A stretch of 64,000 nt of DNA from Isurus oxyrinchus (Eukaryota), in the NCBI GenBank assembly GCA_026770705.1, contig JANJGN010000004.1, positions 87,916,001-87,980,000 of the forward strand, given 5' to 3'. Made by a program: the position numbers and the translations under genes. Positions 1 to 10,480 of this stretch are shown piece after piece. The first letter of the stretch is position 1. The number at the start of each line of letters is the position of its first letter. Under the pieces are notes generated by a model. That model saw only the letters and a list, made by a program, of their open reading frames with translations, was not told where the DNA came from and did not search any database.

Positions 1-2058
1 CAGGAGTGAGTTTCAGCCAGCATTTCCAGAGGCAGTGTGCATGATTGCTGATATCTATGTTCATGCTAAGAGTGGTCACCAGCTTGGCATATCAGACCTG
101 GCAATCCAGTGAGCACACACAGGCCCTCACCATTGACCTGTATATTCAGTTTGCACCTTAAACAGGATGGAGAAAAGACTTGTCTTGGCTTATCACTTAA
201 GTATAGTGCTCTCCAGCTGTTGGCTTACAGTTGGGCTATGAGAGGAAGGATGGAGAACAAGCACATGGAACTAGGGGCATGGCTCAAAGCATTCCTACAG
301 GTACCTCCCTCCCACCCCGCTCCTCCCCTCCCCCCACCATTACCTCAGTCAGAGCCCACATGCTGCCTCCTGCCCTGGTGGCTAAGTCTTCATCCACACA
401 GGTGCAGTTGGGGCAGTCTTTAGTCAGACCCTCATGAGCTCCAAAATCCAAAGGACATTCAACACAAGAATCTGAGCAGTCAAAGCAGGGGAAACAAGAA
501 GCCTGAATCTAGCTTTGTTGAAACTAGAGATTACATAAGGATATTCATTTGATTGTATCACACTATCTTAAATTATCACATTTCAGTCACAAAATTATCA
601 ACCATAAACTTTACTTCAAAGCTCTAGTATTCTGTCCCCATTGTTGCCTGTTGCCAGCTTAGTGTTCTGCTGTGTTGTGGAGAATGGAATGACATGAGTT
701 AGAAATGAGCATTGGGTGCCTGTGAGAGGGATGGATTGTTGATTGTGGGACGGTTTTATGCTGGGGGGCTGGTGGGGGTTGGAGCTGCAGTGGGTTCAGA
801 ATTAGTTTGCCAGATGGCTGCACTGCCTTAGGTTAACTGAGGCTCACCTGAATTAGTCTATCCCAGGCATCACTGTTGCCATGTAAGCAGCCATAGCTGG
901 CTTCATCACATCAGGCTCCTCATTCTCCTTTCTTCCTCTAGTTTCTCCTCCTGTGCAGATGCAGAATGATCATCATTTTCCTTCCCATGGAGCTCCAGTC
1001 CTTGCCGCTGTGCAGTGATGTGCAAGGGGCAGCACATCATGTTCATTCTGGAAACCCTGGCTGGTGCATCCTGAAGGTCGCCTCCTGATGTGCCCAGGCA
1101 TCTGAATCACATCTTCAGCATCATGATGGCTTCCTCATTGAAATGTCTTGGGCTCTAAATGGCTCCTGAGCATCAATGGTAGGGTTGCTCAAATGCAGCA
1201 TTAATGGCATCTTTAGAAGATAGCCCATATCTCCAAGGAGCCATCTGCTCATGCTGTTTAGAGATGTGAATATCTGTTGGAGACTTGACTGGTGTAGGAT
1301 GAGGGCATCATTGCAACCCCCAAACATGCATGGTGACCTTTTAGTGGTTGCACACCAGCTGAGCAATAAGCCAGAAATTAAGTGATATGGTGACCTTGAC
1401 TGCCACTGGCAGGAGGCCTTCTTCCAGGATGAGTTTGGAATATTGGCTGAAAGGTATGAATCTGTGAGTATGACTATGTCATGTTGTTGCCTGGCTACTT
1501 AACAACTTCATTTATTATGCATTCTACTGAAGGTTCCCTTGTGATTCCAATGAAAGTTTAAAGTACTGGTGGCGGATGTGTTCTTTGATTTGATGAGCGA
1601 TAGGAGAGGCCTGTGCCCAATGTGCAGCCCAGCAGGTTTAATCCTATGGACTACTGGTCAGTGAAAGAGCGAGGTGCATCCTTCCCGGACCCCCTGTGCC
1701 ATTTGGAGGCCCCCTCCCACAGTTTTGCCATCCCTGCCCTGTCCAACATGCCCCCCTACTTGCAAACCTAGTCCAGGTCAGATCCTGTATTTACTTGGGT
1801 TTCAAGGCATCCATGGTTCCACTTCCTCCTGGGCCTCCTGCAATACCAGTTCTAGCCACCAATCTAGGTGTGACTCACAGCTGCAGGCTCCTGATTGGCT
1901 GGCAGCTCAAAGAGGGTGGACTTCCTTCTGGAGGCAGGTGGAAGTCTTGCTTCATGATAATTAAATGGCCGGCACCCAAAATATTAAAGTGGGGCAAGCT
2001 GGCCAAGCAGATTGGGCTAATCCCAAACATTTACCTTTGGCTGTGGTGAATACACCCT
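1..2058. mobile_element. Degenerate PIF/Harbinger DNA transposon (3' end of the Myb-like gene on +, HARBI1-like transposase remnant on -)
   Basis: Minus-strand remnants LPVAVKVT (~1390-1415) and WLLGDMGY (ORF 1121-1366). Segment 440-540 resembles 16650-16720 and 17430-17520 in the second Harbinger cluster. Confidence 0.7.
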
Positions 2059-2560
2059 CAGTATATCATCCAGCTTGTGGTAATTTCATTCTTAATTAAA
2101 GACTCTAAAATATATTTTTCTACCACAGATGCTAAACTAACTAACTTGTAATTACCCAGATTTTCTCTGCCTCCCTTTTTAAAATGGTTTAAATTGGCTA
2201 CATTCCAATCCTCCAGCTTACCTCCACACTCAATGGAGTCCTGAAAAATATTTTGTGCAGTCTTGACAATTTCCACCTCCCCTTCCCTTAGGATTCTAGG
2301 ATGTATCCCCGTCAGCTCTGATGCATTGTCTGCCTTTAATCTAAATAACTTATTTAAAATTTTACTTTTGCCCATCATAATGTTAATTATGTTCCCAATT
2401 CCGAATTCACTTCCTTGCAATATCCTTATCTTTCATAGCTACCAAAGTAAAGTACTTATTAAATATCTATGCCATTTTTGATCATTATTTACAGTTTGAC
2501 AGTTCTCTGCTCTTGGAGGCCCCACCTTGTTTTTAACAATTTTTTTTATTGATAGACTTA
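2058..2560 (-). mobile_element. CR1-type LINE ORF2 fragment (RT N-terminal region)
   Basis: ORF 2058-2420 contains LKADNASELTGIHPRILRE and KKGGRENLGNYKLVSLASVV, degenerate forms of the CR1 motifs GPDGIHPRVL and KKGxxxxPGNYRPVSLTS. Confidence 0.75.
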
Positions 2561-3133
2561 TAAAATACTTATCATGCTTTTTTTGATGTTTTTTGAAACC
2601 TACCTTAGTTTTCCATGAAAGGGGCAGGCACAGTTAAAACCAGGAGGCTTTTATTTTTCATGGCTAATGAAGCAGGATTGTTATCTGGACACCTTCTGGT
2701 GGCGAATAGTACGATTTTAAACTACTATATGTGAGCCAGAAGCTGTGTTTGTTTGCTGATGATTTGCAAAGAGGTTCTGTTCTCTGTAAAGGAGTACATG
2801 CCGTTGTTCCAAGAGTGAGGCAGCAATAGCCCAACCATCCCTACATTGTGACTTGGAATGAGCTGGAAAATACGTGGCATTGTCAGTAGAGCAAGAGAGA
2901 TATCTGGTGTGAGTATGAAGAAAAGATGCTGCAGCAGTAGGGAGATGGCTTGATTGAGCAGCTTCTCTTTTTATTCCTGTTGGTGTGGAATGGTTGAACC
3001 ATCAGACAGAGGGAGGGGCTTCCAACTGTCGTAAAAAAGGAGTTTGAGTTTCAGCAGACAAAGGTGTGAATGATTTCAGCAGCTGTCGTGCATTTTGTAG
3101 TTGTTTCCCCATGTCTGTCTACAAATAAGCTAT

Positions 3134-3709
3134 GGGGGCTTGGCCTAAATAGCCAAGTGGTTATGGTACTGGGTTTGGAACCCCAAAAATCAAGAGTTCA
3201 AATGTCACAAAGGCAAAACTATCAAGAGTTCAAATCTCACAATGGCAAACTATGAAACAATGTAACTTCATCTGAAACAGATGGAAACGGGTTTGTACTC
3301 GAAAGAAATCAAGAGTTCAAATCTCATAATGGTAAACTATGAAACAATGTAACTTCATCTGAAAAACAGATGGAAATGGGTTTGTACTCAAAAGAGTTAC
3401 AAATAAGCTATGGGGGCTTGGCCTAAATAGCCAAGTGGTTATGGTACTGGGTTTGTAACCCCAAGATTCAAGAGTTCAAATGTCACAATGGCAAACCATG
3501 AAACAATGTAACTTCATCTGAAACAGATGGAAATGGGTTTGTACTCGAAAGAGTTGCATCTATTTAACAAGCTTGGCCTAAATAGCCAAGTGGTTATGGT
3601 AATGGGTTTAGAATCCCAAAATCAAGAGTTCATATCTCACAATGGCAAACTATGAAACAATGTAACTTCATCTGAAACAGATGGAAACATGTTTGTACTT
3701 GAAAGAGTT
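3134..3709 (+). repeat. Array of tRNA-Thr(TGT)-derived SINE-like units: truncated unit 3134-3220, half units 3221-3307 and 3308-3398, full units 3412-3555 and 3571-3709
   Basis: A-box TAGCCAAGTGG, D-stem GCCA/TGGT, anticodon arm GGG-TTTGTAA-CCC (TGT) and B-box GAGTTCAAATC, then a body with hairpin CATCTG-AAA-CAGATG and tail TCGAAAGAGTT. Acceptor and T stems are mismatched, so this is not a functional tRNA. Confidence 0.85.
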
Positions 3710-3711
3710 AA

Positions 3712-4749
3712 ATGTTCCCCGAGCCGAAAGAAAAATTGAAAACCCAGAGGGTGGAGTGTCCGGGAGGGCTGGGAAAGGAGGAGGGGGCCTCGGAAATGGA
3801 GGTCTCCCTAGCCCCCAGCCTGACCCGGAAGAGGCGTCACGCTTCGGAGGAGGAAGTGGGCGATGCCCAAACTGAAGAAGTTGGGTGTGTCCCTTCCCCT
3901 GATGAAGAGGTGGTGGCGTCTCCACCCAGTAAAACCTCGCCCTGCCCTCTGGGAGAACCCGAAACACAAACCCCTACCACTGTTCCCCCTAACACTCTGC
4001 TGCAGTCCCCTGAACAGGGCTCCTCGGGGGTCACTGAGGGCACCTCCCTTGAGGTGGTGTCCGACTCCAGGGCACTTAATACCCCCGAGGTACTTTCTAG
4101 CTCGTCGGGGGATTGCAGGTTTGAAATTTTAAAGAATATAAATGGGTCATTGGGTGGCGGCGAAAAGGAGGGCCTTCCCGCTCCCTCCCAAACCTTGACA
4201 CCGGGCGTCCTATGTTTCGGTCAGGAGCTTGTCCTGAGCTCCCCGGACGACCCGGTGCCGGGAGGAGAGCGGGCATCAGAACTGCCGCTGCCCTCTGGCC
4301 CAAAAAGTTTCGAGGAGACCAGAGAGGACTCCTCTGGCCTTGATCCTGGGGGTGGGATCGAGGCTGAGATAGAGCCAGCTGGCAGCTCCGAATCAGCCCC
4401 CGTACTCAATGCGGGGGAGGGGTTGGAAGCTGGAGGCGACGACCCGGAAGAGGACGGGGTGTCGGTGATGAGCGTTGGGGATTACGCGGAGTCGCTCTCA
4501 GGCGAGGCGGTGGATCCCCTGGTGCCCTCCACTGACTCCCCCCTCATCCCCCCAAGGGAACTCCGGGATTTTTTGTCGGGGCACCGCGGTCGCCGAGACA
4601 GGGTTCAGTTGGCCTTGGACCGGTGGCATTCATTTCCGCTGGTGTTCTGGTCCACTCGCGAGGCTCTCAAGTCTCCTGAGTTGGATAGGAACGCGCGGCG
4701 GAGGGTCCAAACGTTTCTCGCTGGGCTCCTGAAGGAGAGGAAGGACTAA
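3712..4749 (+). pseudogene. Tx1-type ORF1, C-terminal part (acidic Pro/Ser/Glu-rich region plus basic C-terminal helical domain)
   Basis: 345-codon open frame directly upstream of ORF2, ending RELRDFL...LDRW...RRRVQTFLAGLLKERKD. No N-terminal zinc-knuckle region, consistent with truncation. Confidence 0.75.
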
Positions 4750-4805
4750 AAAGTCCTCTTCTTCTTTTTAATTACTTAAGGTGAATGTTTGATGTACCTT
4801 TGACA

Positions 4806-7800
4806 ATGAAGACGACTATAGCCAGCCTCAACATCCGCGGCAGCAGGGGCGCACAGCGCAGGTTCCAGAACTTCTCGGTCCTCAGGGACGGGAAGTATGC
4901 GTTGTGCCTCCTGCAAGAAACCCATACCGTTCCAGGAGACAAAGCCACGTGGCTCCTGGAGTGGCGAGGGGGGGTCTACATGAGTCACCTAGCCTCCAAT
5001 TCTGGCGGGGTGGCTATCTTGTTGGCCCCGCATTTTCAGCCGGAGATCTTGGGGGTCAAGGAGCTGGTGCCAGGCCGGTTGCTGCACCTGACTGTGCGTC
5101 TGGGGGGGGGGCGGTGCTTCACTTCGTGAATGTATACGCTCCCCTGGGCACGCAGCAGCAAGCGAGCTTCTTTGAAGAAGTGTCCACTCATCTCGGCTCC
5201 ATCGACGCTGGCGAGTGCATCGTCCTCGGGGGGGGATTTCAATTGCACCCTCGGGGTCCGGGACCGTCACGGTACCCCACACTGCACGCGAGGTGTGAGT
5301 AAGTTGCGGGACCTGGTCAGGTCCTTCGACTTAGTGGACGTCTGGCGAAATCGCCATCCTGACTCCAGCGTGTTCACCTTTGTGTCACCTGGAGTCGGAG
5401 CGTCCAGACTCGACCGCCTTTACATTTCAAAGGCGTACGTGTCCTGTGTTCCGGCTGCTTCTATACGGCAGGTTCCGTGCACGGACCACCATCTGGTGTG
5501 GGCGGAGCTCACTTCGTTCTGCGCTCGGACGGGGTCCGCGTACTGGCATTTTAATAACCTGTTGTTGGAAGACCAGCGGTTCCTGGACTCGATCCGTCGT
5601 TTCTGGGCCAGCTGGAGAAGGAAGCAGGGAGGCTTCCCCTCCTTGAGGCTATGGTGGGACGTGGGCAAGACTCACGTCCGAGTTTTCTGTCAAGAGTACG
5701 CGAAGGGGTCGACAAAGAGACGCAAATCCAGGGTCGAGGAGTTGGAGAAGGAGGTGCTCGACCTGGAGGCACATCTCCGTCAGCCTGATGCGGACCCGGC
5801 CCTGCGGTCGGTGTACGATGAGAAGAAGGGTGCGCTGCGGGACCTGCAACTGGTCGGGTCTCGGGGCGCGTTCGTGAGGTCGCGGATCCGGTTCCTCAGG
5901 GAGATGGACCGTGGCTCCCCCTTCTTCTACTCGCTGGAAAAAAGGCACGGGGTCCATCAGCAGCTCTTTACGCTGCTGGCCGACGACGGATCCCTTGTCT
6001 CAGATCCGGAGGGCATCAGGGCCATCGCCCGAGATTACTACACTGCCCTGTTCTCTCCGGATCCATCCAGCGAGGACGCTTGCAGAGTTTTGTGGGAGGA
6101 CCTGCCACAGGTCGGCCCGGACTGCGCCGGAAGGCTTGACTCCCCTATAAGTCTGGGGGAGCTGACTGGCGCACTCGACGGTCTTTCTAGGGGCAAATCC
6201 CCGGGACTAGACGGGCTGACCGTGGAGTTCTTCAGGACGTTCTGGGACGTCTTGGGGAGCGACTTCGCGGGGGTCCTGGGGGAGAGCATTGCTACCGGGG
6301 AGATGCCCCTTTCGTGGCGCAGGGCCGTGATTGCCGTGCTGCCGAAGAAGGGGGATCTCCGCCTTCTTAAAAACTGGCGCCCGGTCTCCCTCCTCAGCAC
6401 GGACTACAAAATCTTCGCCCGAGCCATGTCTTCCCGGCTCGGCACCGTGCTTGACCACATGATCCACCCTGACCAGTCCTACACCGTCCTGGACCAAACC
6501 ATTTATGATAATATCCATCTGGTCCGGGACATCATCCACTATTCCCAGAGGGCTGGTCTGTCGAGCGCCTTCCTGTCTCTCGATCAGGAGAAGGCGTTCG
6601 ACAGGGTGGATCACGGATACTTACTCGGAACTCTGCGAGCGTTTGGGTTCGGGACGCATTTTGTCGCCCGGATCTGACTTCTGTACACCGCCGCGGAGTG
6701 TCTATGAAGGTTAACGGGTCCCTGACGGCGCCCCTTCGCTTTGGGAGTGGGGTACGTCAGGGCTGCCCCCTGTCTGGCCAGTTGTATTCTATTTACGTGG
6801 AGCCTTTCCTGCGCCTCTTGTGGAGGAGGTTGTCGGGATTGGTCCTGCGCGGGCCGGGCATCGGGGTGGTCCTTTCAGCTTATGCCGATGACGTGCTCCT
6901 TATGTTTAGTGACCCGGCTGACCTGCGGAGGATGCGCGAGTGCCAGGAGGTCTACTCTGCTGCTTCTTCTGCCAGGATCAACTGGGGTAAATGTTCTGGA
7001 CTCCTGGTCGGTCAGTGGCAGATGGATTCCCTACCCGAGGAGCTCAGGCCTTTCACCTGGAGCAGGACCAGCCTCCTCTACCTGGGGGTCCATCTCTGCC
7101 CCGCTGAGGAATCCTGGCCGGCAAACTGGCAGGAACTGGAGACGAAAGTCACCGCTCGCCTGCGGCGCTGGACAGGACTGCTCCGAGTGCTATCTTACCG
7201 AGGTCGAGTTCTGGTCATAAACCAGCTGATCGCCGCCATGTTGTGGTATCGGCTGGTCACTTTGACCCCTCCCCCGGACTTTGTCACAAGAATCCAGAGA
7301 TTGTTAGTCGACTTCTTCTGGGACAAAAGATTGCACTGGGTCGCTGCCGAGGTTCTGAGTCTCCCGCTTAGGGAGGGCGGTCAGGCGCTAGTGTGCCTAC
7401 GCACACAGGTGGCGACTTTCCGCCTTCAAACCCTGCAGCGATACCTCTACGTCGAGCATCCTCCTAGATGGTGTGCCCTGACGACGTATTTCTTCCGTCA
7501 GGTGCACGGCCTGAATTATGACGTGCAGCTCCTGTTTATAGAACAGCTGGGCCTCGGTGGCTCCTTGCAGGCGTTGCCCATCTTTTACCAGGACCCGATC
7601 AAAGTCTGGAAAGTGGTCGCATCGTGACGCAGCTCTCCCCCGTCAGGAGTAGCGGCTATCGTCAGAGAGCGGCTGCTCAGGAATCCACTCCTCCGTCCCT
7701 TTCAGTGGTTGGCGGAGAGGAGGGCTGTGGCCGCAGGGGTGACCAGGATCGGGGACGTGCTGGGTGGCGGAGGACTGGGCTGGATGCTCCCGCAGGAGTT

Positions 7801-8698
7801 GGCGCGACGCGCGTCTGTGAGTGTCCAGGTCGCAGCCGATGCCATCCAAGACCTGAGAATGGTCGTGCTCGGACCCGACATTATTTTGTGTCTTGAGGTG
7901 GCCCAGGTGTACGGTGGTCTTCCGTCTGAACGTTCCCCTGTTCGGACGGAATTCCACATTGGCCCCAAGCCCCGAACCCTGCCTCGGGTGCTGGTGCCCC
8001 ACAATATGAGCTGCCTCGGGGACATGCCCTCCGTGCCTTTTGGCACAGCAAAGAGGGGCTTTTTGTACGGACTGCTGCCGCACACCTTCCATTTTCTCGC
8101 CCTTGTCCGCCGCCCGGACATGCCCTGGCGTGCCTTGTTGCCGTCTGGCGGCAGAGGCCCCCGATGGGAGGCCCTCTACGGAGGTGTCCTCCCCCTTTCT
8201 ATCGGGGACCTGGGTTGGAGGGTGTTGCATGCAGCAGTCCCCTATAATAAGAGGATGCATAGGTTCATGGACTCTCAGGACACGTGCCCTTTTTGCGGTC
8301 TTGTGGAGTCCGTGGAACATGTATACATAGGGTGTTGTAGGCTGCACTCCCTTTTCAGTTATTTGAAAAACCTTTTATTGATGTTTTGTTTGCACTTCAG
8401 CCCCACGCTCCTGATCTATGGGCACCCGGTGCGGAAGGGGGTCGGGAAGGAGGAGGACCTCCTCGTGAACCTGCTCCTGGGCCTGGCCAAGTTGGCCATT
8501 AACAGGTCCAGGCAGCGGGCGATCGACGGGGGAGTCCCGCCCAATTGTTTGTCCCTCTTCCGCGGCTACGTTCACTGCTGGATGTCCCTGGAGAGGGAGC
8601 ACACGGTGTCTGCTGGCACTCTCGAGGCCTTCCGTGCTCGGTGGGCACCGCGGGGACTGGGGTGTTTTGTTGACCCCTTTAATCACATTTTGATTTAA
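4806..8698 (+). pseudogene. Tx1-type ORF2 (APE endonuclease-RT-zinc finger), disrupted
   Basis: Endonuclease: MKTTIASLNIRG..LLQETH, GGDFNC, SRLDRLY, TDHH. RT: KSPGLDGL, NWRPVSLLSTDYKI, LDQEKAFDRV, GVRQGCPLSG, AYADD. Zinc finger: CPFCGLVESVEHVYIGC. Frameshifts at ~5105, ~5230 and ~6700; stops at 6675 and 7625. Confidence 0.93.
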
Positions 8699-8807
8699 TG
8701 TTTGTAAGTTTCCTTTAAACTTTGTTCTTGGTTTTACAGCTGACCTGAATTAGGGGCTGTGCCTGATTTATCCCGATTTTGTTGATTTGGTTTTCATTTA
8801 AAAGATT

Positions 8808-9384
8808 ATCAAGAGTTCAAATCTCACAATGGCAAACTATGAAACAATGTAACTTCATCTGAAACAGATGGAAACGGGTTTGTGCTCGAAAGAGTATCAA
8901 GAGTTCAAATCTCACAATGGCAAACTATGAAACAATGTAACTTCATCTGAAACAGATGGAAACGGGTTTGTACTCGAAAGAAATCAAGAGTTCAAATCTC
9001 ATAATGGTAAACTATGAAACAATGTAACTTCATCTGAAAAACAGATGGAAATGGGTTTGTACTCAAAAGAGTTACAAATAAGCTATGGGGGCTTGGCCTA
9101 AATAGCCAAGTGGTTATGGTACTGGGTTTGTAACCCCAAGATTCAAGAGTTCAAATGTCACAATGGCAAACCATGAAACAATGTAACTTCATTTGAAACA
9201 GATGGAAATGGGTTTGTACTCGAAAGAGTTGCATCTACTTAACAAGCTTGGCCTAAATAGCCAAGTTGTTATGGTAATGGGTTTAGAACCCCAAAATCAA
9301 GAGTTCATATCTCACAATGGCAAACTATGAAACAATGTAACTTCATCTGAAACAGATGGAAACATGTTTGTACTTGAAAGAGTT
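8808..9384 (+). repeat. Second array of the tRNA-Thr-derived units: halves 8808-8895, 8896-8982, 8983-9073; full units 9087-9230, 9246-9384
   Basis: 8896-9384 is nearly identical to 3221-3709 at offset 5675, including private variants (CTCATAATGGTAAA, GAAAAACAGA) and both spacers. Confidence 0.88.
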
Positions 9385-9386
9385 AA

Positions 9387-10424
9387 ATGTTCCCCGAGCC
9401 GAAAGAAAAATTGAAAACCCAGAGGGTGGAGTGTCCGGGAGGGCTGGGAAAGGAGGAGGGGGCCTTGGAAATGGAGGTCTCCCTAGCCCCCAGCCTGACC
9501 CAGAAGAGGCGTCACGCTTCGGAGGAGGAAGTGGGCGATGCCCAAACTGAAGAAGTTGGGTGTGTCCCTTCCCCTGATGAAGAGGTGGTGGCGTCTCCAC
9601 CCAGTAAAACCTCGCCCTGCCCTCTGGGAGAACCCGAAACACATACCCCTACCACTGTTCCCCCTAACACTCTGCTGCAGTCCCCTGAACAGGGCTCCTC
9701 GGGGGTCACTGAGGGCACCTCCCTTGAGGTGGTGTCTGACTCCAGGGCACTTAATACCCCCGGGGTACTTTCTAGCTCGTCGGGGGATTGCAGGTTTGAA
9801 ATTTTAAAGAATATAAATGGGTCATTGGGTGGCGGCGAAAAGGAGGGCCTTCCCGCTCCCTCCCAAACCTTGACACTGGGCGTCCTATGTTTAGGTCAGG
9901 AGCTTGTCCTGAGCTCCCCGGACGACCCAGTGCCGGGAGGAGAGCGGGCATCAGAACTGCCGCTGCCCTCTGGCCCAAAAAGTTTCGAGGAGACCAGAGA
10001 GGACTCCTCTGGCCTTGATCCTGGGGGTGGGATCGAGGCTGAGATAGAGCCAGCTGGCAGCTCCGAATCAGCCCCCGTACTCAATGCGGGGGAGGGGTCG
10101 GAAGCTGGAGGCGACGACCCGGAAGAGGACGGGGTGTCGGTGGTGAGCGTTGGGGATTACGCGGAGTAGCTCTCAGGCGAGGCGGTGGATCCCCTGGTGC
10201 CCTCCACTGACTCCCCCCTCATCCCCCCAAGGGAACTCCGGGACTTTTTGTCGGGGCACCGCGGTCGCCGAGACAGGGTTCAGTTGGCCTTGGACCGGTG
10301 GCATTCATTTCCGCTGGTGTTCTGGTCCACTCGCGAGGCTCTCAAGTCTCCTGAGTTGGATAGGAACGCGCGGCGGAGGGTCCAAACGTTTCTCGCTGGG
10401 CTCCTGAAGGAGAGGAAGGACTAA
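9387..10424 (+). pseudogene. Tx1-type ORF1 C-terminal part, copy 2 (premature TAG at 10167-10169)
   Basis: ORFs 9387-10169 and 10185-10424 are collinear with 3712-4749; TCG has become TAG. Confidence 0.75.
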
Positions 10425-10480
10425 AAAGTCCTCTTCTTCTTTTTAATTACTTAAGGTGAATGTTTGATGTACCTTTGACA

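Larger units (their letters stand above)
3710..8807 (+). mobile_element. Tx1-clade (L1 group) non-LTR retrotransposon, copy 1; 5'-truncated in ORF1, inactivated
   Basis: ORF1 C-terminal part, short spacer, ORF2 with APE endonuclease, RT and C-terminal zinc finger, then a ~110-bp 3' UTR ending TTTAAAAGATT with no poly(A). Much richer in GC and CpG than the flanks. Confidence 0.92.

Noticed and set aside
3412-3493. Functional tRNA-Thr(TGT) gene cluster
   Set aside because: The acceptor stem and outer T and anticodon stems do not pair, other copies have altered anticodon loops, and every head is fused to the same non-tRNA body.
3134-3709. CRISPR array
   Set aside because: Eukaryotic context, repeats of 88-144 bp, spacers of only 13-15 nt and no cas genes.
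3668-3967. Antisense and alternate-frame ORFs over the Tx1 copies (e.g. 3668-3967, 7643-8347, 13317-14021)
   Set aside because: Shadow ORFs of GC-rich coding sequence with no recognisable motifs.
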